NCBI GenBank assembly: GCA_963817915.1
Contig: CAWFQL010000015.1
Coordinates: forward strand, 1-31,151
DNA: 31,151 nucleotides
From: an uncultured candidate division Zixibacteria bacterium
GTDB lineage: Bacteria; Zixibacteria; MSB-5A5; UBA10806
Reading direction: 5' to 3'
Positions 9,217 to 19,370 of this stretch are shown in pieces (within the stretch, counting starts at the first letter, position 1; every line of letters begins with the position of its first letter). A program made the position numbers and the translations under genes. The notes beneath the pieces are model-generated. The model was not told the origin of the DNA, made no database searches, and was given only the letters and a program-made list of their open reading frames with translations.

Positions 9217-11122
9217 TTATATCTTTCGCCGCGAACTTCGGGTATTCCGCCCGGCTATCGGTTTTCCGAGCAGACCTATTTTATCGAGATTATCAGCGGC
9301 GAATCCCAATTTCAAATCTTCGAGTACGGCACGTGTCGGGTTGCCATTTTTGTCCCAGCCTCTACAGGCATAATAATCATCCAGCATCGCCTCGACCTGC
9401 TCCTTAGAGACACCTTTACCTTCACCGGGGCCGGATGGTATTTTTTCCTCATAAGATCGCGCGGGTGGATAATCGAATGTTCTGCCGTTGGCGCGGTTTC
9501 GTTCAAGGTAATGGCAGCGCGCGAGATTCCACATCTTTTCGGATTCTTTTATGGTCTCCGGGAAGGTGTAATCCCAGCCAGTTATCAGATTAAGCGATTT
9601 TACAATTTCCTCCGGCTCAATATCAAGCTCGCCCCAGAAGAGACGGCAGATACACCAGCAATCGAATAACGGTCTTATATGCTGTAAATATATTACTACC
9701 TTGGCGCGGCCCTCGATTGTCTCCCGCCCCTCGGCCATATCGACTGTGATTGTCCAGGCGCGATTGTGATGCGCTCCGATATCGCATGTCATGTATGCTA
9801 AGAGCATTCCAGGCGCCCAACGGCCGTCATAGCCGGACATCTCCTGTCCCTTGACCTGCATGGCGAATCGTTCGCTGCCCTGTCCGATTTTCGCCGCGGC
9901 TCGTTTTGTGCCTTCGGCAAACCACTCGCCAATCCCGCGTCTGTGAACGATCATATCCACGAAATGCTCTACGTCATCGACCGAGCCCCAATTCAATGTA
10001 TGTCCTTCAAGTTCATTTTTTGTGATCAGTTCGCGTTGGAAGCATTCCATACCGAACGCCACAACTCCGCCGCCCGACATCGTATCCATTCCGACATTAT
10101 CCATGAGCCAATTGATGTATGCGACCTCGTTAATGTCCTTCATTCCCAAATTCGAGCCGCAAAGCGATCCGGTTTCATATTCGGGACCTTCAAGATAGAC
10201 AGGCTTTTTGCCGGGAAGAGTCGCTCTCGTATATTTCCCGCAATTCATCCAGCAACCGAAGCATGCCTTATGGGTAACCAGACATTTTTCCACCAGCTTG
10301 TCGCCATTAATGCCGGAAGTACCCTCAAAATATGTTGTCTGGAAATTGCGGGTCGGCATTACGCCATTATTGTTAGACCAATCGATAAAAAATGCCGTGC
10401 CGTATTTTTGCCAGGGCGCCATATTGGGATGAGTCTGTGTTCTTTTGATTATATCCGTCACATGACTGGTCAATTCTTTGATATTATGCACTTTGATAGA
10501 TCCCGTGCCTCGAATCGCGATCGCCTTGAGCTTTTTCGATCCCATGACCGCGCCCTGTCCGCATCGCCCTGCCTGACGGCCAAAATCATGTGTGATACAT
10601 GAAAATCGTATCAGGTTTTCACCGGCGGGGCCAATAGTGGCAATCTCGAAATCCTCGCCCAGATCGGCCTTCATTCGCGGCTCGCATTCCAGCGATCCCA
10701 TGCCCCAATATTGAGAGGCATCGCGCAATTCTACTTTATCGTCATTGATATATAAGATAGACCGGCTTGGGGGAAATCCCTGTGAATATAATCGTATCAT
10801 ATCCCGCCCATTTCAAGGCAGGGCCGAGATGGCCGCCCATATTGGAATCGCCATGGCCATTGGAGAGAGGGGAGACCGATCCAAATGATACCTTCGAGCC
10901 TGCCGGGATAAATGCTCCGCTCATTACACCGGCATTTAAGACAAAAACATTTTCCGGGCCTAGTGGATCCGCGTTGCGCGGAACTTCATCGTAAATAATC
11001 TTCGCGGTGACTCCTCGGCCGCCGAACCATTCTTTCATGAATTGCGCGTCGGTCGGAAATCTTTTGATTTCGCCGGTGGAGAGATTTATGCGCAGCGATG
11101 TTCCAGCTAAACCGTTACCCAT
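9217..11122 (-). CDS. aor: Tungsten-type aldehyde:ferredoxin oxidoreductase (AOR/WOR family), split by +1 frameshift near 10754
   Basis: N-terminus MGNGLAGTSLRINLST...GGRG...SPL.....DSNMGG..GPALKWAGYD joins ...KPVYL/YINDDKVELRDA; GAVMGSKKLKAI, CFGCWMNC, GPEYET, DNVGMD motifs; start overlaps the ferredoxin stop (TAATG). Confidence 0.9.
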
Positions 11123-11538
11123 TATGCTTTCTCTTTGGCAATGCGTGAATGAATCGTTATCGCTCCGGTATTGCAGAGCTCGGTGCACTTGAAACAATTA
11201 TCGCAAATAATAACATGTTCGACGTCCTTATGCTGAAAGATCACCTTTGGCTTGCAGACATCGACACAAATACCGCAGTTATTGCATTTTTCAAAATTAA
11301 CGATATAGGCGCCATCCTCGCGGCGATAGATAGCCTCTTGAGGACATATCTCTTCGCATTTGCCGCATTGAATACAGACTTTAGGCTTATAGGCTCCCGG
11401 CTCGGGGAAATGGGCTTCTATGCGCAAGGCGGCCTTTCGCGGATTGATATCGCTGAAATGTTCGATTGTACAAATCTGCATGCATAGACGGCAGCCCGTG
11501 CAATTCGCTGATTGGACTTTGATGCGTTTGATTTCCAT
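11122..11538 (-). CDS. Multi-[4Fe-4S] ferredoxin-like subunit of the AOR complex
   Basis: Four Cys clusters: CTGCRLCMQIC, CIQCGKCEEICP, CNNCGICVDVC, CDNCFKCTELC. Confidence 0.9.
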   Translation of the reverse strand: MEIKRIKVQSANCTGCRLCMQICTIEHFSDINPRKAALRIEAHFPEPGAYKPKVCIQCGKCEEICPQEAIYRREDGAYIVNFEKCNNCGICVDVCKPKVIFQHKDVEHVIICDNCFKCTELCNTGAITIHSRIAKEKA

Positions 11539-11545
11539 GATAATG

Positions 11546-12183
11546 CTATATTCTATATAATTGCCCGGCTATCCAGATCACTGCGGTAGAACTAATCGAA
11601 TATATTTTAAAACTGCTGGCCGTGGCCGGTCTTGGCTGTATGGGCAAAGAACGCAAAAACTTTCCGAAATAAAAGCCCAGATTTATCGCAATAACCGAAA
11701 ACACCGCGGCATACAGGCCGCTGGTCGAAAGAAAATCGGCGATCCCCGGCAGGCCGCCTGAGGCCCAGTTTTTTTCCTTTGATAATATATGCCGCGAATA
11801 TCGCGAATAATGGCAAATGACATGTAGGCCATTATTGGAGCAATTACTGACCGAACCGCCGCGCTCGAATCGAATTGCTTTTTAAATAACAGGTATGTGC
11901 CGTCAAAAATAATTCCATTTATCATGACCGCAGCCACCTGGCACGAATAAAAATTGCTCGATGCTGTTTTGAATAAGCTCGCGATCGCGGCCATTATCAC
12001 TGCCGAGCCGACAAAATCAACGAGATTTTTCGAGGCGTAAATCACTATAAGCGTAAGACCAAATAACAGTGCCGATTTATTGGGTACATCCCAGGCCCTG
12101 AATAATTCACCACCGAAAAGCTCGATTGCCCCCCACAAAGTTCCTATTAAAAGGATGGCCAAAACTTTATCGGATTTATTCAT
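11546..12183 (-). CDS. Polytopic membrane protein of unknown function (two +1 frameshifts near 11812 and 11778)
   Basis: The hydrophobic ORF from 12183 continues by frame switches into LFAIFAAYII then KEKNWASGGLPGIADFLSTSGLYAAVFSVIAINLGFYFG...IWIAGQLYRI*, ending at 11546, 7 bp before the ferredoxin start. Confidence 0.65.
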
Positions 12184-12336
12184 TCAGGATATTCCTCCAG
12201 GCGGATGACACGCATAAATATCTGCGCATTGATTGGTTGATTTGCATTTCTCTCCACGATAAAAAAATACAGGAATATCGACGATTTATCAAGGCAAAAA
12301 TGAATATAAAGTTTTCGCTAAGATTGCTATTGTCGA

Positions 12337-12798
12337 TTATTCCGGTTTATCGGTAGATTTGAGACGATCGGCATCATCAGTGGGCTTACGGCCCCTAAGT
12401 CTATTCCAAAATTTCTTTCGTTTGGCTTTCTTTTCAGCCTTCATCTTACGTTTTAGCTGCCGTTCTTCTTCAAGCTGAATGGCGTCAAGCTCTTCGATTT
12501 TCTGGAGTAAACGCTCGGTATTTTCTCTTTTTTCCATCATCTGGCGAAGCAGGTTATAATCATGAACATTCATTGGGGCCGAGAAAATCGCTGTTACGAA
12601 CGGCTCCAAAAAGACCATCGCCTGCGAACCGATAAAATTCAGCGGCTTAACCGATTCCAAAAAAAGAATCGCCGGGACTGTCATATGCCAATCGACAATC
12701 TTCTGAGCCAATTTTCTCAAAAGCTCTTGTTCATCGGCATTGAGCGCCGCGGCATCCTTGGGTATATCTTGAGAGCCTAATGGAGTTCTAAATGGCAT
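12337..12798 (-). CDS. Hypothetical protein
   Basis: 153 aa ORF overlapping its upstream neighbour; core ILFLESVKPLNFIGSQAMVFLEPFV; basic coiled C-terminus. Confidence 0.75.
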   Translation of the reverse strand: MPFRTPLGSQDIPKDAAALNADEQELLRKLAQKIVDWHMTVPAILFLESVKPLNFIGSQAMVFLEPFVTAIFSAPMNVHDYNLLRQMMEKRENTERLLQKIEELDAIQLEEERQLKRKMKAEKKAKRKKFWNRLRGRKPTDDADRLKSTDKPE

Positions 12799-13246
12799 TT
12801 TGACCTGTCTTATCTAATTGGCTATCTTTTTCTTCGGATTTTATTTCGAAGAGCTTTTTGACATACTCATCGACTTCAATTTTATTGCTTTTGCCATAAC
12901 GCAGATAGAAACCGCGAAAATTCTCCAATCTTGACGGCGACAGATACGGCGAAAGCAGAATCCCCCGTTCTTCGGGGAAAAATGATCTAAATGCGGAAAG
13001 ATTGCGTTCCTTGACAGTGTATTGATATTTAATCATGACTTTGTTTTCATCGATAGTAAAAGTTGTCGGCAGGAAAAAACTTGATAGGCTGATAAAGAAT
13101 ATAAATGCCCCGATAACCACCATAAAAATGCTTTTGTCGGAGAAGTAATAGACCATAAGCAAAATAAGCGACATAATGATTGTGACCAATACCGCTGCCA
13201 ATGGCCTTTCCCTGGCAGGATGAGATTGCCAGCTCAATGCTTCCAT
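12788..13246 (-). CDS. Hypothetical membrane protein (2 TM plus soluble C-terminal domain)
   Basis: 152 aa with two hydrophobic segments; packed in the operon. Confidence 0.75.
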   Translation of the reverse strand: MEALSWQSHPARERPLAAVLVTIIMSLILLMVYYFSDKSIFMVVIGAFIFFISLSSFFLPTTFTIDENKVMIKYQYTVKERNLSAFRSFFPEERGILLSPYLSPSRLENFRGFYLRYGKSNKIEVDEYVKKLFEIKSEEKDSQLDKTGQNAI

Positions 13247-13248
13247 AT

Positions 13249-13464
13249 CTATTCTGGCGGGGCTTCTCTGTAACGTTCTCTGCGGATACGATCAATCTCT
13301 TTCTGCAATTCTTCCGGCGTGAAGACCTTCTTATCTACAAGCACTTTGACCAGCGCCTCGATACCGAGATTATTGGACAATGTCAATTCGTCGAATGTGA
13401 CATTGCGAACCTGATCATTAAATTGTATCTGCAGAGCGACTCTTTTGGACGGATCATCTGTCAT
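13249..13464 (-). CDS. Small hypothetical protein
   Basis: 71 aa; start overlaps the larE stop; 2 bp gap to the next gene. Confidence 0.7.
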   Translation of the reverse strand: MTDDPSKRVALQIQFNDQVRNVTFDELTLSNNLGIEALVKVLVDKKVFTPEELQKEIDRIRRERYREAPPE

Positions 13465-14291
13465 TATTTTTTATCCTTTATTAAGTTTTCATTCATACTT
13501 CCGGTACGATAACCCTGAAGATCGAGAGTTACATAAGTAAATCCCAATTCCTTGAAACGGGTTATGACTCGTTCCGACAGACCATTTTTGAAAAAATTCG
13601 GTATCTCATCTTTTAGAAGCTCTATTCGGGCGATCTTATCATGGTGCCGTACTCTCAATTGCGTAAATCCCTCGGCATGCAAAAACCGCTCGGCCTCGGC
13701 AATCTGGTTCAATTTCCCCTTAGTCACTTCTGAGCCGTAAGGAATTCGCGATGACAGGCACGCCAAAGATGGCTTATCCCAGTTAGGCAGGCCATATCTT
13801 TTCGCCATTTCACGAATCTCATTTTTCGTAATCCCGGCCTCGGCGAATGGTGAAATCACGTCGAGATTTTTAGCCGCGCCTCTACCGGGGCGATAATCAT
13901 TGAGATCGTCGGCGTTCGAACCATCGAGGATATAATCAGCTCCCACATTCTTCGCTATCTGCTGAAGCTGTGTAAAAAGCTCGGATTTGCAATAAAAGCA
14001 GCGGTCCGGAGGATTTTTGGCATAATTGGGATCATTTAATTCATTGGTTTTGATTTCGATAAAATTAGCTGGTTCCAATCCAATAATCCTGGCGAGATTG
14101 CGGCAAGATTCCAATTCTTCATGCAATAATGATTCGGAATCGCCGGTCACAGCCCAAACATTCTCGGCTCCCAAAGTTTCAACCGAAATTTTTAAGAGCA
14201 GGGTAGAGTCTATGCCGCCTGAGAAGCCGATAACGACCTTTTTCAGGTCTCGTAATCGAGAAGTTACTTTGTTTAGCTTATCGTTCGACAT
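13464..14291 (-). CDS. larE: ATP-dependent sulfur transferase LarE (TIGR00268 PP-loop family)
   Basis: PP-loop FSGGIDS, NPPDRCFYCK, DGSNADDLNDYRPG, ACLSSRIPYG, RVRHH, DLQGYRTGSMN. Confidence 0.9.
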   Translation of the reverse strand: MSNDKLNKVTSRLRDLKKVVIGFSGGIDSTLLLKISVETLGAENVWAVTGDSESLLHEELESCRNLARIIGLEPANFIEIKTNELNDPNYAKNPPDRCFYCKSELFTQLQQIAKNVGADYILDGSNADDLNDYRPGRGAAKNLDVISPFAEAGITKNEIREMAKRYGLPNWDKPSLACLSSRIPYGSEVTKGKLNQIAEAERFLHAEGFTQLRVRHHDKIARIELLKDEIPNFFKNGLSERVITRFKELGFTYVTLDLQGYRTGSMNENLIKDKK

Positions 14292-14300
14292 AAAGACTGC

Positions 14301-16100
14301 CTATTTGGCCTCTGTAGCTTTGCCATTTTCAAGGGTATAAACTTTCACTTCGCTATTGGCTCGTTCGGTATTCTTGAAGGTTATCTGCCCGGAAACACCT
14401 TCATACTTTTCGATATTATCAATGAAGTCTCTCATGGCGGATGATTCCTTCTTGCCCTGCTTAAGCCCCGAAATCACCATGCTGACAGCGTCATAAGTCA
14501 ACGCCGCCACTTTGTCGGCGTCATGACCAAATTCCTTTTTGAATAGATCATTGAATCCCATCCACTTGGTTTCATCAAAACCGATATGAAAATCGGTGGC
14601 AAAGCAAGCATTGCCAACATAGGGTTTGACCTCGCGAATCAGCTCGGGAGAATCCCAGCTATCGCCACCCAAAAATTGAGTATGAATGACTCGATACCTG
14701 ATTTGAGGTATGAGAAGCTTCAAATCATCGACATATCCGGGCAAAAATAATCCGCCCAAATTCACCGGCCACTCGTCTTTATCCAGCACGAATTTTGTCT
14801 GGGGATCGATAAATTGGGAGCTATCGATATCACCCGAAGCCAACTGCTCTTCGGTTTTCATAAGCAGTATATCTCGAAGAGGCATTATCCTGTCTTTAAA
14901 ATCAACCGCGCCAAGAGCATAATAAGTAGTGAAAACAACCTCGCCGCCCAGCTGATAGACTGTTTCCGTAAATGCCCTTGTTAATGTTCGTGCCCCAGCG
15001 TCATCCGGCGATATGATCGCGAATTCAGTGATGTTGAGATTTTTGATCGCGTATGCTGCTATCGCCTGCGCGATTTTCTCCGCGGGAGGCGATATCTGAA
15101 AGATATTCGGTCCAATAGTCGAAATCCCTGTTTCGGAAGCTGTCGGGGTTATCATCGGAATACCGCGATCGTTCAATACCGCTCCTGCCCCTATCGATGA
15201 TTCCGATTCCAATGGTCCAACAACTGCCAGCGGTTCCTCATCGGCAATACTTATGGCCTGCTTGGTAGCTATCACTGGGCTGCCCTGCGTATCTCTCACC
15301 AATAATTCCGCTTTCAAGGAATCGTTATTCACTGATTTTAACGCGAGTTTCGCACCCTCAAACATCGATCTACCATAATCGCTATCGCCGCCGGTTAACG
15401 GTGCCATGAGGCCGATTACTTGTTTGGTCGACAAATGAGACGAAACTTCATCCATCATCGATCGAGCTTGACGATTATATTCTCCATCGGGGAAATAACG
15501 AAGATACGATATAAATGTTTTCCTGGCTTCACGGTATCGTGCCGATTGCGCCTGGCGTTTGCCCAGTGAAAACTGCAGATAGCCAAGCTCGGAATTGGCG
15601 GGCATTTCAAATATTAGGCGGGACATTTGCTCCAATGACAAACCTGATTCCACAAGCGGCTTTAGATTGTCCTTGGCGATTGAGGCTGATTTGTCTCGAG
15701 GATTCGCGTCGATCGCTTTCATATATTCAGCCGCCGCATTTTCTAGTCTGCCAAGCCTATAATAGCTATGCGCCCTGTAAAGAAAAGCCATTCCGCGATA
15801 TGTAGAATTTGGAAAATCTGATATATATTTATCTAATAGAAGCGATGTGTGTTCATAATCCCCGGTATGGTACAGCGACAATGCTGTCATAATTCTGAAA
15901 ATACTATTATACCCGCTCGACGGAAATACATCGGAAAGAGAATCGAAATCGTCATATGCTTCTTGATATTCGCCGATTTTATATTTCCCGAGTGCTGATT
16001 CCAATCCTTTGCGAGGGTCACCCAAGTTATCATTTGCCTGTGAATAACAGACGGACAAAACCAAATTCAGCATTATAAAAATTTTCAATAAAGTTTTCAA
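14301..16100 (-). CDS. Exported TPR plus type-I periplasmic binding domain protein (LpoA/YraM-like or branched-chain amino acid SBP-like)
   Basis: Signal peptide, N-terminal TPR-like helices, then IGLMAPLTG...YG...G..LA, AVVGPL, IPMITP, YDAV, YEGVSG.I.F. Confidence 0.8.
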   Translation of the reverse strand: MKTLLKIFIMLNLVLSVCYSQANDNLGDPRKGLESALGKYKIGEYQEAYDDFDSLSDVFPSSGYNSIFRIMTALSLYHTGDYEHTSLLLDKYISDFPNSTYRGMAFLYRAHSYYRLGRLENAAAEYMKAIDANPRDKSASIAKDNLKPLVESGLSLEQMSRLIFEMPANSELGYLQFSLGKRQAQSARYREARKTFISYLRYFPDGEYNRQARSMMDEVSSHLSTKQVIGLMAPLTGGDSDYGRSMFEGAKLALKSVNNDSLKAELLVRDTQGSPVIATKQAISIADEEPLAVVGPLESESSIGAGAVLNDRGIPMITPTASETGISTIGPNIFQISPPAEKIAQAIAAYAIKNLNITEFAIISPDDAGARTLTRAFTETVYQLGGEVVFTTYYALGAVDFKDRIMPLRDILLMKTEEQLASGDIDSSQFIDPQTKFVLDKDEWPVNLGGLFLPGYVDDLKLLIPQIRYRVIHTQFLGGDSWDSPELIREVKPYVGNACFATDFHIGFDETKWMGFNDLFKKEFGHDADKVAALTYDAVSMVISGLKQGKKESSAMRDFIDNIEKYEGVSGQITFKNTERANSEVKVYTLENGKATEAK

Positions 16101-16603
16101 AATTTATAGCTCCTGGCCCATTCCCTGTATTTTTTGGCGTGGCCTACAAGGATTTCAACTTCATCATCGGACACTTTACGTTTGATAACTGCCGGATTGC
16201 CGGCGACCATCGAATGATCCGGGATTTTCATCCCTACCTTGACTACTGCTCCAGCCGCCACAATCGAACCGGTGCCGACTACAGCGTTGTCAAGGATCAC
16301 GGCACCCATACCAATTAAACTATTTGATTCCACGACACAACCATGAAGTACCGCCCTATGCCCCACAGTCACATAATCGCCGACTTCGGTGGGAGCCTTG
16401 CCAATATCGACATGAACTACGCATCCATCCTGGATATTGCAGAAGCTTCCAATCCTGATATAATGTATATCGCCCCTGAGGACAGCGTTAAACCATATAG
16501 AGGTGTTTGGACCTATATTGACATCGCCTATGATGACAGAATCGGGAGCGATAAAACAGCTTTCATGGATTTTGGGCGACTTATCATTGAATGATAATAT
16601 CAT
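16097..16603 (-). CDS. Gamma-class carbonic anhydrase family protein (YrdA-like)
   Basis: Hexapeptide repeats, VLRGD, NIQDGCVVH, TVGHRAVLHGC, GNPA. Confidence 0.92.
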   Translation of the reverse strand: MILSFNDKSPKIHESCFIAPDSVIIGDVNIGPNTSIWFNAVLRGDIHYIRIGSFCNIQDGCVVHVDIGKAPTEVGDYVTVGHRAVLHGCVVESNSLIGMGAVILDNAVVGTGSIVAAGAVVKVGMKIPDHSMVAGNPAVIKRKVSDDEVEILVGHAKKYREWARSYKF

Positions 16604-17097
16604 AATTTGTAATTGCCGAAATCCTCCGGATTAATCTTTCTGAGTCGGTCGCGAAGGCTTTCCTGATCCGGCAATCCCGAGATTTCTCTATCCTCGGCTT
16701 TGAGATTGAATAGAGCTTCATTGACAAAAATTGGCACTTTCGCTTTGAGAGCGAGAGCGAGAGAATCCGATGGCCTGGCGTCAATTACTACCTGCTTCTC
16801 GCCAATCTTAATCAGAATCTCCGCAAAGAATGTTTGGTCTTTTAGATCGACAATCTGGACTTTCTCGATTTTGCCTCCCATCGATTTAATAATCGAAAAC
16901 ATTAGATCGTGGGTTAATGGCCGTTTGGAAACAATGCCGGACATCTCCATTCCAATTGCCCAGGCTTCGTAATGACCAATCCAGATTGGCAGTATCTTCT
17001 CTGAATTGAGAGGGGATATAGTTACTACAGGCGAATTGGTAGTGACATCGAGCGCCAGCCCGCCAATTTTGGATTCGATTAAATTCGGAGATTCCAT
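16600..17097 (-). CDS. Bifunctional nuclease family protein (DUF151)
   Basis: LPIWIG..EA..I, RPLTHDL, FFAEI, IDARPSDSLALAL..KVPIFV. Confidence 0.92.
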   Translation of the reverse strand: MESPNLIESKIGGLALDVTTNSPVVTISPLNSEKILPIWIGHYEAWAIGMEMSGIVSKRPLTHDLMFSIIKSMGGKIEKVQIVDLKDQTFFAEILIKIGEKQVVIDARPSDSLALALKAKVPIFVNEALFNLKAEDREISGLPDQESLRDRLRKINPEDFGNYKL

Positions 17098-17098
17098 T

Positions 17099-18901
17099 CT
17101 ATCCTCTCAAGCTGATGATACCCCAGGTTCCGGGGCCGGCATGGGCGCCGACTGTAGGGCCGAATTCTCCCGATAGTATATTGACAGCATTGAATCTTTC
17201 CTTCAAAATCTGAACGATCTTTTCCGCTTTCTCAGGGGCCATCGCGTGAGCTACTGCCCAGTGAGTATCTGAACCCGCTTCTGGCAGCATCGAAATTATT
17301 TTCTCGATGATCCTATCTTCATTTCGTTCTTTGGCTACAGGAGCAATCTCACCGTTTTCGATTGCCAGAATTGGTTTCAATCCCAAAAGTTTTCCGACGA
17401 ATCCTTTCGCCTTGCCAATCCTGCCGCCCTTAATAAGATAATCGAGGCTTCCCAATGTAAAATAAATATGATGGCTCTTTTTTAATTTTGCCAGCCGTTC
17501 GAGAATTTCATTAGCCGAATGCCCTTTCTTGGCCATTTCAGCGGCCCTTAGTACCATCAATCCTAATCCGAGCGAGACTGTTTCTGAATCAAAACCTATG
17601 ATGTTCTTATCGAATTCCCTGGCGGCTGTATTTGAAGAATTAAATGTGCCCGACAATTTGGATGAAACATGAATTGAGATAATTTGCTGGCAATCGCCGC
17701 GATCAAATACCTCTCTATAGCTTGTAGCAAAATCGCCGGGGGAGGGTTGCGATGTCTTGGGCATTACCGACGAACTCTGCAGTTTTTCGTAAAATGCCTG
17801 TTTGTCGAGATCGACACCATCGAGATACATTTCATCGCCGAAATTAACCTTGAGAGGGACTATTTCGATATCGTGGAATTGCGCCAATTCGGCCGGCAGG
17901 TCGCAGGTGGAATCGGTTACGATTCGAACAGTTTTCTTTTCGGTTCTCTTGATATTGAATTTCCTGTCGCGCATCGAAATATTCTGCGCCTTCATATCCT
18001 CGATTTTTCGTTTCTCTATCATTCCGGTTGATTTGGCAATAATCTCAACCTTGTCGGGATTATCCGTATGGATATGAATCCTTAGATATTTCTCATCGCC
18101 AAAGCAGGTGCAAGCAACTATCAACGAGTCACCCAAATTCTGAAGCGAATTTCTGATCGAGTCGGTATCGAATCCATCGCCATTCACGAGAAATTCCGTG
18201 CAGAATCTATACTGCGATACTTCTTCCAATAATTTGGGAAGATCGCCTTCGACCGGCAGCATCAATGTATCCTTTGGGAGGTCGCCGGTCTTTATGAATG
18301 CATGAATACCTTCGATGAAGTGCATAAATCCTTCGCCGCCGGCGTCGACAACGTTAGCATCGGATAATGTTTTGAGCCTGTGGCGCGTGTTTTCGACTGA
18401 TATTCTGCCGCGCTTTATGGCGGATTCCAAAAGATGAGAGAGGTTGTCGATCCGTGGTTTCATCTGCTGGAGATATTCCGCGATTTCTCGCAAAACTGTA
18501 AGGATAGTCCCTTCTTTAGGATCGCGAACCGCTTTGTAAGCTGAATCTGCCCCGGCGCTGAATGCCCCGGCAACGTCGTGAAGATAAAGACGATGCCTTG
18601 TTCCAATATATTCGGCGACACCCTTGAAATATTGCGACAGTATAACGCCGGAATTTCCTTGTGCGCCTCTCAGTGAATGCAGGGCAATCGAATCGGCCAC
18701 ATCGAATAGTTGCGTGGTCTTCGCCGAATTGGCGCCAATAACGGCAGAACGCAACGTAAGCGCCATATTCGTTCCCGTGTCGCCATCGGCGACAGGGAAG
18801 ACATTGATGGCGTTCAGGCGATCCCTATAACGGTTCAAACCAAGCCATCCAGCGTTGACAGCTCGTTGAAGCCTTTTACCGTCTAAATATTGCAGGCGCA
18901 T
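17099..18901 (-). CDS. DAK2-DegV fusion (fatty acid kinase FakA-like fused to FakB/DegV)
   Basis: LNAINVFPVADGDTGTNM, GAQGNSGVILSQ, VVDAGG, FCTEF...HIHTD; then DegV motifs IVTDSTCDLP, KTSQPS, SSKLSGT, KGGRI, HAGP. Confidence 0.9.
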   Translation of the reverse strand: MRLQYLDGKRLQRAVNAGWLGLNRYRDRLNAINVFPVADGDTGTNMALTLRSAVIGANSAKTTQLFDVADSIALHSLRGAQGNSGVILSQYFKGVAEYIGTRHRLYLHDVAGAFSAGADSAYKAVRDPKEGTILTVLREIAEYLQQMKPRIDNLSHLLESAIKRGRISVENTRHRLKTLSDANVVDAGGEGFMHFIEGIHAFIKTGDLPKDTLMLPVEGDLPKLLEEVSQYRFCTEFLVNGDGFDTDSIRNSLQNLGDSLIVACTCFGDEKYLRIHIHTDNPDKVEIIAKSTGMIEKRKIEDMKAQNISMRDRKFNIKRTEKKTVRIVTDSTCDLPAELAQFHDIEIVPLKVNFGDEMYLDGVDLDKQAFYEKLQSSSVMPKTSQPSPGDFATSYREVFDRGDCQQIISIHVSSKLSGTFNSSNTAAREFDKNIIGFDSETVSLGLGLMVLRAAEMAKKGHSANEILERLAKLKKSHHIYFTLGSLDYLIKGGRIGKAKGFVGKLLGLKPILAIENGEIAPVAKERNEDRIIEKIISMLPEAGSDTHWAVAHAMAPEKAEKIVQILKERFNAVNILSGEFGPTVGAHAGPGTWGIISLRG

Positions 18902-18904
18902 GAC

Positions 18905-19360
18905 TTATGCCTGCTCCTCCTTCTTGACAACCCATATTTTTACTTCAGCGTTCACATCATGAGCGAGCTTTATATTAATAGTATAAACTCCCAGAGCCTT
19001 CAAAGGTTCCTCAAGCAGAATCTTGCGGCGGTCAATTTCAAAACCTTGTTTGGCGAGCAATTCCGCTATATTGGCGGCGGTGATTGAACCAAAGACCTTG
19101 TCTTCCTCGCCGGTTTGAACTTCGGCAGTCAGTGACAATTTTTCGATCTTGTCTTTGATCTTTACGGCTTCACGTTTTCTTTTGTTATCTCGGAATTGCT
19201 TTTGCTTCTTGATTTCTTCGATCGATTTGAGATTGCCCTTTGTCGCGGGCAATGCCAGATTTTTGGGGAAGAGGAAGTTTCTTCCGAAACCGTCGGCCAC
19301 TTCAATAACCTGACCGGCGGTGCCCAATTTTTCGATGTCGTCTTTAAGTATAACCTTCAT
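18905..19360 (-). CDS. rplI: 50S ribosomal protein L9
   Basis: MKVILKDDIEKLG...V.DGFGRNFLFP; KVFGSIT. Confidence 0.98.
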   Translation of the reverse strand: MKVILKDDIEKLGTAGQVIEVADGFGRNFLFPKNLALPATKGNLKSIEEIKKQKQFRDNKRKREAVKIKDKIEKLSLTAEVQTGEEDKVFGSITAANIAELLAKQGFEIDRRKILLEEPLKALGVYTINIKLAHDVNAEVKIWVVKKEEQA

Positions 19361-19370
19361 CTTTACTCCT

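Noticed and set aside
9943..10602. 219-aa plus-strand ORF and other short antisense ORFs in the track
   Set aside because: They lie entirely opposite well-supported genes, with atypical composition and no motifs.
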